Assembly (NCBI GenBank): GCA_034780895.1
Contig: JAUZTB010000001.1
Span: 109,464,729-109,528,728 of the forward strand
Direction of reading: 5' to 3'
DNA length: 64,000 nucleotides
Source: Rhynchobatus australiae
Taxonomy: Eukaryota
Shown here: positions 28,429-42,360 of the stretch, piece by piece
Position numbering within the stretch: the stretch's first letter is position 1
How the letters are laid out: each line of letters begins with the position of its first letter
The notes under the pieces: generated by a model
What the model saw: only the letters and a program-made list of their open reading frames with translations
What the model was told of the DNA's origin: nothing
The model's database searches: none
Program-made: the position numbers and the translations under genes

Positions 28429-28727
28429 GGTCAGCACGTAGTGTAGAAGTAGTTTAATGCTATTACAGCACCAGCAACCCAGGTTCAATTCCAGCCACTA
28501 TCTGTAAGGAGCTTGTACTTTCTCCCCGTGTCTGTGTGGGTTTCCTCCAGGTGCTCTGGTTTCCTCCCACGTTCCAAAGACGTTTGAGTTAGGAAGCTGT
28601 GGGCATGCTATCTTGGCACCGGAAGCATGGCAACACATGCGAGCTGCCCCCAGACACTCTACACAAGAAAAGATGCATTTCACTGTGTGTTTTGATGTAC
28701 ATGTAACTAATAAAGATATCTTATCTA
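28429..28727 (+). mobile_element. tRNA-derived V-SINE with Rex1-like 3' tail
   Basis: B-box ggttcaattcc; V-domain tctccccgtgtctgtgtgggtttcctccaggtgctctggtttcctcccac; tail tttcactgtg...gtacatgtaactaataaag. Confidence 0.85.
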
Positions 28728-29064
28728 ATATGTCTTGCAGATAACAAAAACTGAATGTACACAATCTCTCCTCATTGACTGGCACCTCATTCCAGAAATC
28801 TATAAAGAGTCACACAAGCACAGAAACTGGCCCTTCTGCCTGACAGGTCCATGCCGACCAAGATTCCCATCTTAGCTAGTCCCATTTGCACACCTTTGGC
28901 CTATATGGCTCTAAACCTTTCCTATCCATGTAACTCTCCAGGAACCTTTTAAATATGGCTAACCTTTGTTGCATGCATCCTCAGGCAAATATATCCTTCC
29001 TTTGTTAAAGCCAAAACTTTCAGTATCCAGCACTCCAAGTACGGTATCACCAAAAGAAAAACTG

Positions 29065-29230
29065 CTGGAGGAACTTTGCAGTTTATGCAGTATCTGTGGA
29101 GGCAGAGGGATTGTCAATGTTTTTCAGGTGGCATTTTACAACTGCATTGGATGCTGCCGGACCCCAGTTCTTCCAGCAGTTTGTTTTTTTTTGCTCCAGA
29201 TTCTAGCATCTGCAGTCTTTTGTGTCTCCA
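29065..29230. repeat. Penelope-derived inverted terminal-repeat fragment
   Basis: aaactgctggaggaact...gcagtatct arm facing a gatgctgcc...ttccagcagtttg arm; same family as 56520-56700. Confidence 0.6.
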
Positions 29231-32200
29231 TGGTATCTCCAAAGCTCCATTTGCCCACAACAAGACCTCCTGTGTTCATACTTCAACTTCTTAGCATTAA
29301 AAGAAACTATGGCAAAAATTACTGGCTGTTAACTTTGTATAATTCATCATCATTTGTATGGAACACTGTCTCATTGAATACCATCATTTTCCTTTAAAAG
29401 ATATTCTGCTTTACCTTTCAAATACAGGTAGGAAAAATGGAATCAGTATTCTGTCATTATATCTTGCACACTTTTACTACATAGTTAACCCAAAAAATAA
29501 CCAACAAATTATCAAAGTATCTTAGTTGTTTGTGTAAATAAATAAAATACATTGAACGTCCTTAGAAATTCTTCAAGCACAGAATCTGGGTTTACCAGTT
29601 GTGAAGATAAATCAGCTGTTCATTTTCCAGTTAAGCGCCCATCTTTAGATGCTGAATGTATGCTTACTTTTGCTTTTGCCAAAAAAGTGAATCAAACATG
29701 TAATTATAACAGAATTCTCCCTTGCTCGCGCTCCTCTTGAAACAAACAGTCCTAATTAACAAGTCTAAACATCTGCTATTACTAAATACGTTGCTGATAA
29801 ATAAAAACAGTAAATGAAACATGATTGGCACCTGCTAAATAAAAGCCATTATTCCTTTAGTTTGCAAAAGCAATCACCTACATCTCCAAAACATTCACAT
29901 CCTTCAATGTTCTTCAGTTAATGATGAATACAGGGACTGAGATCTTTAACAGTGAACCNNNNNNNNNNNNNNNNNNNNNNNNNNNNNNNNNNNNNNNNAT
30001 TGGAACTTTTGCCCCTAAAATGACAGCTCATTTGCTCACTAGTGAAGTACTAAACCACCTAAAATAAACTGCCACAAACTATATCCCAATATACCTAATG
30101 TTCACTACTGTATCTAACCTAACAAAACAACTTATTTCTTGTTTGACAAGTTTCAGATTTGGGTTAGTATTCCTCCATTGAATTTTTATAATAATGGCCA
30201 AACTACAACAAAATTAGATTACAATACTCCAGAAAGCTGTATGTCAGCAGCCGGCAAGAGTGCACTTGGAGCTTGGAATAATATTTTGAAAGAAAACTAG
30301 ATATGCTGATAAAACACTTTATACCTCTCGCTAAAATTTATTATCCCAAAATAGTGGTTGAATGGACCACAAAACATTAACTTAATGACTGTAAATTTTA
30401 GAACTTTATACTTCTGAAACTGTAAACTTAGAGAACACATCACCTAGGTGTGTGTGTGCCAGCCTAATGTACAGACAAATAAAAGTTATTTCTGACAATT
30501 CACTGAATTTCAAACTACTGTCTGAAATGAACAGTAATTCACCAACACTGTGTTAAAGAGGCAACACTGAAATTTACTTTTGCATGGACAGTTTTCATTC
30601 ATAGCCAGAATGTCAGTGGAGCTTGTTACTCACAACTATGGAGAGTTGCTGGTTGAAATACAATAATCAAAACATTCTGCTCTTGCACGCCACCTAGGAT
30701 CCCAGGAGTCAGATTGTTTTCTTGATTATAGGATGAATCATTTATTATGCAGATGCAAAAGTAGAAACTTTTAACAAGAAAATCTCAACAGTACTCCACT
30801 CTTGGCTATAATTCTGAGCCAAAGTAAAAAGATTTCTCAGTTATGTCCCTGATCAACATCCTCCAACAATTTCATTAGTTTCAGAATGATCGCCTGCTCT
30901 TCAGAACTGATGAAAGTTTGTTGACCCAAGCATTAACTATTTCTCTCCAATGATACTGTCTGACCTCCTGCATATTCCAACATTTTTGCTTCGATTTCAG
31001 ATTTCCACCACCTGAAGATTTTTTGCTTTTCCATCACTGAAAATATTTTATGTAAATCCATTAAACATGATACAAAAGAAATGAAGTAATAACATGCCTT
31101 AACTGCAGCTATTCAGTAAACTACAATAATAATGTCCATCATTCTTCAACTTGCATTTTAATGCCATTTTGAAATCTTACTTTTGTCTCTAATCACACCT
31201 AATGTGTACTATGAGGGTTTCTTCTATTAAAAGTTAACAGACAAATCACAATAATTTCTATCTTGAATCAAGCTTGATGAACAAGCAGACAAGTCGGTGG
31301 CAGTACATGGCTGTAAAGTAGGAAAGTTTCCCTGCTTTACAGCCAGACAACTTACAAAAGCAAGGTGGTAATCTTTAGGCTGGAGCTCAAGGTAGCATGG
31401 ATAGTCTTGGCCATTCCTTTACTGGAAGAATACATGAAAAGTAGGGAAAGTGCAATTAATTTCTAATGAACTGCTATTAGAGATGAGGAGTCAGAACCAC
31501 AAACTCAAAAAATTAGAGTTCTTATCACTGCAGTCAAACTGGTTAAAAAGCTGGCCTGATTACTGCCTTTGCAAATTACGAATGGTTTTAAGAGACCAGA
31601 TGGCAACATACTGTTTCTTCTATCATGGCTACAAATTCAGAGGATTACAAAAATATACTCTCAGCTAACTTTGTAAATTACATATTCCATAAGCACAGGG
31701 CAAAGTGAAAATGAAGTCCCAGAATAGAACCAGGTTCTCTTTAACTGATCCATGCTTAAAGGTGAGGGGCAATGAAATTTTGAGGATGACCTCAGGGATG
31801 GGACTTAGTCTCATAATCCTGTCATTAGGCTATACTGTCATANNNNNNNNNNNNNNNNNNNNNNNNNNNNNNNNNNNNNNNNNNNNNNNNNNNNNNNNNN
31901 NNNNNNNNNNNNNNNNNNNNNNNNNNNNNNNNNNNNNNNNNNNNNNNNNNNNNNNNNNNNNNNNNNNNNNNNNNNNNNNNNNNNNNNNNNNNNNNNNNNN
32001 NNNNNNNNNNNNNNNNNNNNNNNNNNNNNNNNNNNNNNNNNNNNNNNNNNNNNNNNNNNNNNNNNNNNNNNNNNNNNNNNNNNNNNNNNNNNNNNNNNNN
32101 NNNNNNNNNNNNNNNNNNNNNNNNNNNNNNNNNNNNNNNNNNNNNNNNNNNTTTATGCGGAGGAGGTTGAGATTCAGAACTAGCAACCAGAAATCGCTAT

Positions 32201-35200
32201 TAAAGCAAACTTATAAATTCTTGAAACAAATCAGTTGATAGTTGCCCAAAAAAGTAGAATATCAATGGATGTGAGCAACAGAGAGCAAGAAAAATGGGAA
32301 CGTATGGAGGAAAACTCCTGTGCAACCTTGATTAGTCAAATGGCCTACTCTGCTTCAAAACATCACAATTCCATAACAGGGAATGGAAATGGGCAGGGTA
32401 TAAGAAACAAAGAATATATAATAGCTGAAAGAAAAAAAATTGATATACTATGTTTTGGGTGAAGCATTAAACTGAGGTCTACAAGACTGTCTAAAATAAA
32501 TATAAAATTAGACAATAAAGCATATTGCTGTCTTGTCAACTTACGTAGGTATGGTAATCAATGTGAAAACACATCCTGCCTCAGAAATAAGGGTTACATA
32601 CCCTTGCAGCTCAGTGGGTAAAGGAAATACATGTATGGTGTACAGTTATACAAACCAGGAAAATCCCAGATTAGTTTGCTGTATGGAGTAAGTCTGATCT
32701 CAAATGCAGTGACAATGAAAGAGTAATGTTGCTTCCATGCTACTTGTTAATCTATCAGCCTTCTATCAGTGGAAGCACTTTTACCTCTGAATCAGAAGTT
32801 CAACTGCAAGTTAAGTCCTCGTTCAGAAACTTGATGTAAAATTGGGTAATCAGAATGTGTACTGCACCATTGGAGCTGCTATCTTTTGGTTGAAAGGTTA
32901 CATCAAGATACCACCTGGCTTCCCAGATAGGCAAGAAATAAAGCAAGAGAGATTCTTCCCTCCCAATACTCATCCCAAAACCAACATCACTACAACAGAA
33001 TATTCAGTCATTTATTTCAGAGCTGTTTATGGTACTTTGATGAACTCAAGATTGGCTGCTGTGCTTCATATACTTGCCAATCCTGTGATCATTCACTGTC
33101 AAAATAGTCAGAAGCAACTGGTACAAGAGAACATTGCCACTTGCAAGTTCCCATCTACATTACACACTAACCTGACTTGGATAAGTAACACTGCTCCTTC
33201 ACTTCTGCTAGATCAAAATCCTAGAATTCCCAACTCAACAGCACCACAGAAACACCGAACACAGGCAGAATGCAGAGCTACACAACCACCTTCAAGAACT
33301 ATTGGATAGAGCAAGAAATGCTGGCCTTCCTAATAATGCTCACACCCCATTTTAAATAAATAATATTATTATTATAAGGGCTAGCCCTCTTCAATAATGC
33401 TTCAAGTATAAAGCATTTTGGGGTATGCAGAGCTCATCATCGCTGCTATTCTACTGTCATTGCTGAATCATGTAGCTATGACATACAAAGCTCAATTTAA
33501 ATGAAGTCAGAAAATACATTTGTTTTTAAAATGTCAAAAGAATCCACGAAAATAACTATCAATAATGCTTAAAGCCAGTCTGTGCTAGTTATTTCTGAAC
33601 ATGACCTTCATTTTGCGGCTATTAAAGTCTTAACTTATCTAACTGTTATTACTGTTTTTGGTTTAGTTTGGAGTGCTTTTCATTTTTTTCTTTTTGTCTA
33701 ATCATGAAAATGCTGCAATTTTCATTGCCAATATAGAGATTTATCAGCAAAATAAAAACATTTTCCAAGCATGCTTTTGGATGTGAGGTCTACATTCAGG
33801 CAGATATAGATCAGTTAGTTCAATGCCAATGGCAGAAGAGATAATGCAATCCTTGCTCAGTTTCAAAATGCAACTTAGAAAATTTCAACATGATAGGCAA
33901 AGCATTGCATTTTGGCAGGAAGAAAAAAAGAGGGGTCAAACAGCTTGCACGTGTGTATGGATAGGGNNNNNNNNNNNNNNNNNNNNNNNNNNNNNNNNNN
34001 NNNNNNNNNNNNNNNNNNNNNNNNNNNNNNNNNNNNNNNNNNNNNNNNNNNNNNNNNNNNNNNNNNTAGAACAACAATGGAACTGGACATTCAGTCAAAA
34101 AGGAGCAGTGCAGGTAAATAAGTTCATAGAAAAGTAAAAGCGGTACTAAGATTCACTTCCATCGACACAGAATTGAAAAGCAGACAGGTCATGTCAAACG
34201 TAATAAATCCTTCATTAAATCAGAGTTGAGGGCACAGTCCTACATTGAACTGCATGTAAAAAATACAGGAGGCAATACAGGTGCAACAAACAGAAAAGCT
34301 TTACAAGAATGATACCAGAAACTGAGAAAATATACTTATCAGAAAAGGTTAAACACACTAATTTTCTTCAAAGGGAATGTTGTGTCTTTAAGATAATGAA
34401 AGGGTTTGATAGGACAAACAAAATACATTCCTATAGTGCCCCTAACACCCTAAAGTGCTTCTGACGTGCATAATCAAACAAATTTGAAAATGAGTGAAAT
34501 GGAAGAAATAAACTTGAACTGAAACCAAAGGCAGGCTTTATGAAGCATCTTGAAGAGAAGTTTTGTAAGAATAGCACAATTACAAAGCAAAGGATGTGCA
34601 AGAGTCATTAAAAACAAAGTGCAAAAACAGAAAAAATGCAAAGAAAAGGGAGACTATAAACTTAGAGATGTTAAGAAAATATTTCTTCTTGAAGTTGCCT
34701 TTTCCAAATTTCCTCATTTTTTCTCTCCTTAAGAATGTGCAAATATCAATCACCAATAAATCCAATACGGAATTCATAAGAAACAAAGTTCTTTTAAGAG
34801 TGCCAAGAATGTGGAATCCATGACCAGCAAACGTTTGAGGCTGAAGTTAAGGAAGGTAATATTAAAAAAAATGAAGTAGGAGGTCCTTGCAATGAAGAGT
34901 GTAATAGGTAGTATCAGTTTGAATTTTTCAGCATTTGCGAAGATAAATTAAATATTCAATGTTTTACCTGATGAAACTGCAACTCATTCTAAAAGGTAAA
35001 TCAGACAGTCTAACAACATTGATGTAGTGAAGGAGTTGCGGGAAGGCTAGGTCAAGCTAGTGATTGTCAACATACAATATCAAACTTGACTCTCTATCGC
35101 AAGGGGTAACATTTCTTTCGTGCAGCATTTAGGTGAAGAACTTGTCCTTAGGGAACTGCAGGTGTGGGATTAGAAGGGAAAAACATTGCCAGAGATGCTC

Positions 35201-38200
35201 CATTATAGGAAAGAATAGATCAGGTGAGGATATTAAGTTGGACAAAAGTAAATACTTGAGATAGATAGCATGGTTGAATAAGTCAAAGGCTTAGAGAAGT
35301 CAGTCAGTGATGGATAATGTACAACTTTACAGGGCAGGCCATTTGAGATTTTGGATGCAAAAATGAATGCACTGTCTGAAAAGAGTGGCAAAAACAGATT
35401 CCACTGTGGCTTTCAAGAGAAATAAACACTTCAAGTTAAAACAAACCTTTAATGCTATGGGAAAGGAGCAGGAAGAAGAGGCTGATGCATAGCACAGCTA
35501 AGAGCTTTCACAGATTTGATAAGTTGAATGACTCTTCCTCTGCTGTAATAATTCTTTAGTCAGAAATGGAGCAGATTTTTATAAGAAAAATGAGAAATGC
35601 GGTGCTTTTCACACCAGTTTAAGGAGTGATGAGAGAATCCATTGAGGGAAAATAATTTGTCATGTCTACCAATGAAGGTCAAAAAAAAAGGAATTGGGTG
35701 GTCTAAAGTTCAGTGGGAATAGAATCAAGGAAATGAAATATTGCCCCATGGACATAATGCAATGGAAATTACAAGGGAAGAGAGAAAGTGAAGAGAAATG
35801 CAGGATCACAGCTTGTTTAAATTAATGCAAAAGAACAAGGTAGACAACTGAAACACTGAGCTTCTTTAAGTAGAAGGGCCAGAAGAAGCTTGAAATATTT
35901 AATAATGAAGAAAAAATGCTGGCCCAGAGAACAATAATGCATACCTTGAAAATGGAAGAAGTCGTGACATTTTTTTCAAAACTAATAAAGTTCCAAGTTT
36001 ACAATTGTAGGCCCAAACTAAGGATCTCTGAGTTTTGTCTAGATTTAATATTGTTGTAATAAATTCAATCACTTCTGAAGTTGGCTATACAATTTTCACA
36101 CAATTACACTTATATGTTCAACCAGTTATTTACAGCACTCATCCTTCAGTTTTTGATACATCTCTATATACGTACTACATAATCTCTCTCTGCCAGTTTA
36201 TTCTCCCTGGAACTCTAAGCCACTAAATCTGAATTTCATCTAAGCAGTCAATTTATAAAAACATTTATCAAAATAATCGTTGCAAGCAATTGTAAAAAGT
36301 TGAAATTTTGTTTAAAAACATCAATTGCAGTACACTTTAACAGTTATTTAGACTATAAAATAAACCAACAAGCAGGCTATACCAGTGGGATTCTGAAATA
36401 CTGTATTTAAACATTGAACCACAAGTCTGCACAACCAAATATTTACATGCATTTTGACTAGATTTTTAAAAACAACACTTCTGAAGTTTGATTAATGCAT
36501 GTGTAACAATGCAGTAAGCCAACAATGTTCATCACACACAGATCAGTAGCCTGAAAATCTGCATTAAATCTTTCTATTATAATTTGATGCAGGAAATACT
36601 ACAACTCAAGTATGGGAACAAGAACATTTCATAAATCATAACAAGGATTTTCTCTTACATATTCTGTAGAGATCTAACCATACCTGAACATGAATAAAAT
36701 GACCATTCCAATGCATCAACACAATGATTTCAGAACTGGGACTGGGGATCCACTGGAGTTAGAACTGGCTCACTTAGCAATCATCTTAACTGATCTCTAC
36801 ACTGACAGGAATAATTCCACATTAATGATTACACAGGCCAGTCAGAATGAGTTATGCACATTTTCCAAATTGAACCAATTCTTCAGATTGGCCCACCTTC
36901 CCAATGTGGTGCCAGTGAATCCATGGGGGAAAACATTTCAAACCAAGAAAAGCTTTTACATTAGCCCTGATATTTCTCCTTCAACTATCACATCCTGATT
37001 TTCATTTAATTTACCCTTCGAAAATAACATGCTGGACCGCTTTAAAAGTGAGGTTCTGCAGCCCAAAGAGACTGAACCTCTCAACCTTTCACAACTCCGA
37101 GCAACAGTACCTTTCTAGTACTTTGTCTCAAACTTAACTTCCATGATTGTAACCATGAACGATTCAATCATATTCATTTGTTACCAGAGATTGCTTCTCT
37201 TCCAGTTTTCTGAGCATTATTACATCCAAGTTTATAACTTCACTTGTTTCTTAAATCTTCTAAAACAAGAATTTGACTTATCCTTTCTAGTAATAAGCTG
37301 TGTCAACAATTTGTGTTTATTTCAAACAGCTCCTGAACTTATAATGCCATATACTTTTTAAATACAGAATTCAAGAGGCCACTTTTCAGGTCTGTAGAAT
37401 CTTTTCGTCCTGTCTTTGGGCAAATACCTAGGCCACAGCCTCAGCTGTGAATCACTGAGCCATCACTATCACATACAACTATGAAAGAAGTGGTTTCATA
37501 GACATTATGCATAGCTATTATTTATTGAACAAATCTGAACAACTGCACCCTCAAAGATGTTTGTGCTTTACAAGCAGCCATCTGAGAGATTTCTAAACAA
37601 AATCTCGTTGAGAGCTGGCGTGCACTTTACCAAGAAACTCAAATAAAAAACCTGAAGTAATTTACTGGGGGAGAAAGAAACACAGAAATTATTTTTCAAC
37701 CTCAGTGTATGTTCACAATAACATGAGGTACTTTAATCATATTAACTTTTTTTTTATTAAAAATGTTAATCTAACAAGAGTTGTTTAATAATTATGTGAA
37801 ACAAAGGACCAATCATTTTTTGAGATAAGTCAATTTAGTGCGACTAAACAGAAACAAAATTTACAGCAACAGGGAATAGATCCAAAAAAATATAGCACTC
37901 TACTCAACTCAATAAAAGTTGTTTTTTTCAGTGCTAAAAACTGGACAACACTCCACAGCATCCTCAAACTGTGGAGATCCAGGAACAATTATGACAAAAG
38001 AAATAAGAATGCAAATTCTGGAAATATTCTGTGGGTCAGAAAGCACCTGTGTAGAGGGAAACATACTTGACATTTCAGGTCAATGACCTGTCACAGCTTT
38101 TGGAAATGTGACAGAAAAGTGTTGCCTTTGCAATGTTGCCTCAACAAAAAAAAAGCTTTTTTTAATTAAAACAAAATGTATAATTTTGAACAAAACAAAT

Positions 38201-40860
38201 GCCTCCTTTACATTAAGGCATGCCCGCTTGTTCTTTTGACTGATCCACCAGGTTCTGTTTCATACAGAAATTGATAAAATACCAATTAAGCTCACATTTG
38301 TTAATTGCATTAAGGACGATTATAGAAGCAAAATAAAACTTTTAAAATTCTTTTTTTCTTCCACCTCATACATTCCTGATACTTTTTATTTTAACTTTTC
38401 TGTTATGGTTCATTTCAATTGTTCTACTTATGCAAAAATAGACTTACTTAGAAGAAAATTGGTGTTCAAGTATTCTATTAGGAACTTATCGCTGCAGCAC
38501 TAGCCCCAGAACTAACCCACGTCTGGGTTACCTAGGATTATTTCCCAAATCAACTTGTGGGTTTCTAAGGATAGTTGTTAAACTAAAGATGGTTTATGAT
38601 GTTTGTGATCTTTTCTGCAACAAAACAGACCTTTTTTCCATATTTATCTCAGCATAATTCCCTACCCACTGTTTAGAGCCGAAATATTTGACTCAACGTC
38701 ATTAGGGAGCCTATCTCTGATGGGAGGTAATTAATTATGAAGTTCATGTTCCAGGGCTGGCAAGTTTGTATTTATGTCACACCTTACTACATGTATGTAT
38801 CCAGCATGCTAATTTCACTGCATCCTCTTCCTGCAAAGTACTNNNNNNNNNNNNNNNNNNNNNNNNNNNNNNNNNNNNNNNNNNNNNNNNNNNNNNNNNN
38901 NNNNNNNNNNNNNNNNNNNNNNNNNNNNNNNNNNNNNNNNNNNNNNNNNNNNNNNNNNNNNNNNNNNNNNNNNNNNNNNNNNNNNNNNNNNNNNNNNNNN
39001 NNNNNNNNNNNNNNNNNNNNNNNNNNNNNNNNNNNNNNNNNNNNNNNNNNNNNNNNNNNNNNNNNNNNNNCTTCTTCCCAGATAGACAAGATTTTCATTC
39101 CATTTCTAATTAACAAACTTTTCAATAATCGAATTCAAACTCATCCACTTATCTTGTCATGAATTAGTGCCTCAGACACCACACTTGTGCTGGTAAACAA
39201 AGACAAAGTGAATTACCACGTGATCCAATTATTTTAAGTGTACTATTCATTGTTTTTATATTTCAGCTTCTAATTAAAACACCTAATTACTTAGAGCTTC
39301 AATTAAACAGAAAAGGCCTTCCAATGAGGAGTTGACAATTAAATAAAATCTGAAAGATAAAGTTAGTTTAAATAAAATTCTGGCATAATTCTTAAAAGGA
39401 ATAAAGAATTTTCTGTGAGATAAATCACCTGTCAAATTTGATAGCAACCCAAGAGGTCCAAAGGTTACAAGAATATTTACTCACATCACCCTACCAGCTG
39501 CAAAATACCTAACAGTAACCATACACTTGGCAAGAGAAATTACATTTGCCAATTATTTCAAATAGCAAGAAAGAAAATCTTGCACCTTTTCTAGTGTCCG
39601 CCACATAGAGCTTTTAACCAAGAAGTGCAATCAGTGCGGGAAACATTATAGTCAATTTGCACATAGAGCGACCCACAAGCAGCACTGCAAGAAAATCTGT
39701 CTTTGTCATGATGAGAAATAAATGCTAGAATATTGACCCTGCTTTGAGGTACATCCGAGGATCTCAGAAAGTGGTTTAACACACTAGAAGACAACATCTC
39801 AGCATTACCTCATCCAATGTAGCACTAAATTTCTGAGAATGACCGCTGAACCCTCAATCTTCTGACATAGTGGTGACAGTACCACAAACTGATCCACAGG
39901 TAATGAGAAGACTAAGTAAAAATAAATAAAATATTCACATAGAAGAAATTAACTTTGAACTATCTTTAGAAGAAAACGTAATGGTTTCCTTTGATATAAT
40001 GCATTAAATCAAGGAGTCATATATTCCTGGGGGATGCAGAAGGTTCCAATTATTAAAGAAGGAGCATGCAAATTCGCCCAGTGTCCTGGTCAATATTTAT
40101 CCCTTAAACGCTGCTATTAAACTGTAAAAGACAAAAATTGCTGGAAATACTTAGCAAATTAGGCAGCACCTGTGGAGAGAGAAACAGGATTAAGACTTCA
40201 AGTAATGGTCTTCCATTATAACAATTCCGAAAGAGACCACTGTTCGTTGAGTTCTGATGCAACACAAAACTTAAAACAAAAATCCAAATATTGCATATGT
40301 GACAAATGACAAGCCAAATGGCCATTAACAGTTCAAAATTACTTTTCAGTGAGTGTAAAATGTTTGGATGCAGTTATCTGTTTAATGGTTACTTTGCAAA
40401 AGTAGACTAGGGAGAAATTAAAGACTGAATAAATTCTTTCCAGGGACATAACAAGGTACAGTTTAAAAGACACCAGCAGTTCCTAATCTATAACCAAACT
40501 TAAAAGATTCTCAACAAAATTTCCATTTTCCTTTCTTACCTTATCCTCTCATTTTATCTGAGTTTATCACATTTTCTTGCTTGTTCTGAGTTGTTTTTGT
40601 AAGTTTCACCAACAATGTGTACTTGAGTTGGTCTGTTATTAGCTATGATCAATATTCCTTTTGAGATTGACGACAAAGATCCAAACACTTGTCCTAATGT
40701 TAGTACTACTTGACCCATCCCACGGGTCAAATGCAGAATAAAGAATATTAATCAGCATGAGACGCTCAAACATTATACCGTGAACAAAAATGGTCAATAT
40801 ACATCTGTTCGTCAAAAAAGAAACAGTCAACAAGTAATGGAGTCAATGCAAACAACTTAC

Positions 40861-40866
40861 CTTCAT
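40861..40866 (-). CDS. ARID4A: ARID4A first coding exon, coding part (Met-Lys); whole exon 40861-40915
   Basis: Minus strand reads ttaactgcag|TGATCAC...GAAA ATG AAG|gtaagt. The MK followed by a phase-0 intron joins the next exon to give [10 protein letters not shown], the ARID4A N-terminus. Confidence 0.9.
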
Positions 40867-41934
40867 TTTCGGGTGTCCTATTTACTTGGGTGCTTCCAGC
40901 TCGAAGTTGTGATCACTGCAGTTAAGACAAGGATACGATCTTAACTCGTTCGGTACGATTAAATCTACAAAAACTATATAGCACATGAACAAGGTTCTAA
41001 CACACCGAAATGTAAATAACATTTTACCCTCCCCATCCCCCGCTCACCTCGACCTACACTACTCGTCTCAAGAAGGAGAAGCTATGAAGTTCACACCCTT
41101 GAAATTATTTTACAATCTAATTAGAGATCAATGAAGGTACAATTAAAACGGAGAGTGGATTTGGAGGACAATTTAACTGCCCCTTCCCGCTTGCTCCTCC
41201 ATCCTGTGTCACGTCGCCATTGCTCTCTCGCTTTCTGCACCATGTCAGTTCAACAAGCTCGGATCCTGTAGTACAATTATGGAGGTGTCCCGGCAAATCA
41301 GTCGCCTTCTCCGCTCATAGATCGACAGCCAAACGCACCCTCCCCCTCCAACACCCTCCCTCCGAACAGAAATCGCTCATTTTGCACGACTTTTCGTTTG
41401 CAGTTCGAAGCGATTATAGAAACGCACCATCTGGGGAAGAGCAAGTGAGGCCAGTACTTTAAAACAGGTCGATGGGAAACAGTGGCGAAGTTAAAAAGAG
41501 GATTGCTACCTCGGACCGCCTTTCAAGCCCGTCCCCCCTCACGTATAAAGGCGCTTTAACAAAAATCGCGACGATCGAGGTCCTACACATGAATAAAATA
41601 AAATCAAGAAACCTCCGCAAACACATAAGTCACCTTTCTAATGTCCCAACAGATTAAAACCGTGGTTTTCAATTGAGCCGCGGGTCTAAGGGGAGCAGGA
41701 AAATGCGTGAACAGGCGAGTACGAGAGAAGTCGGAGCTGACTGCCATTCAATGCCCACCTACGTTCACTTTAAACCGAGAGAAGGGGGAAAGGGCTCCAG
41801 CGGATTCACCTCAGCTCCATAACCGGGAACCAACACCCGCCCACAGCGCGAAATCTAATGGATGGAGTTTTTTTTTTGCCCTAATACTACAGAAGTAAAG
41901 GGCCAGCAGGGAGATCGGGGAGCTACATACTCAC

Positions 41935-42000
41935 ACACATCCACCGCTAACGTCCACTTCCCTAGGTCCCAGCGAAAACCGAAATAACAAGCTGTTGAGC
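41935..42000 (-). other. ARID4A: Putative non-coding first exon of ARID4A (5' end approximate)
   Basis: Minus-strand donor TGT|gtgagt at 41934-41929, just downstream of two CCAAT boxes in the CpG island. The start site cannot be seen directly. Confidence 0.5.
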
Positions 42001-42199
42001 GAGCCTGCCCTTCTCGAACTCCCATTGGCTGAATGTTGAGCAAGGCGACCGCACAGCTCACTAATTGGCTGCGCGGTCACATGGAAACGGGTCCGAGCGG
42101 CGGCTCGGGCCCAGGGTGCAGCGCATTCCCGTCCTTCTGCGCATGCCCCGTAGTCACAGACGGCGCTCAAGCCGTGCGCGTGCGCAGACGGGAGAGGCG

Positions 42200-42360
42200 C
42201 CCCGGCGCCATCTTGGTGGCGATTTTTGCTGCTTGAGGTTCTGTGGAAGCGGCGGCGAACGCGCGGAGGACGAGGCGGGTCAGGAAATTCTCGGCTTTTG
42301 GCTGCCAGCTGTCGCGCCGTCCGTCGTTTCACCGTCCAGGACGCACGGATACCGCCTGAT
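42200..42360 (+). ncRNA. Candidate first exon of a divergent, probably non-coding, transcript
   Basis: GC-rich segment from the YY1 element to a consensus donor GAT|GTAAGT at 42361. No credible + strand coding exons downstream. Confidence 0.45.
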
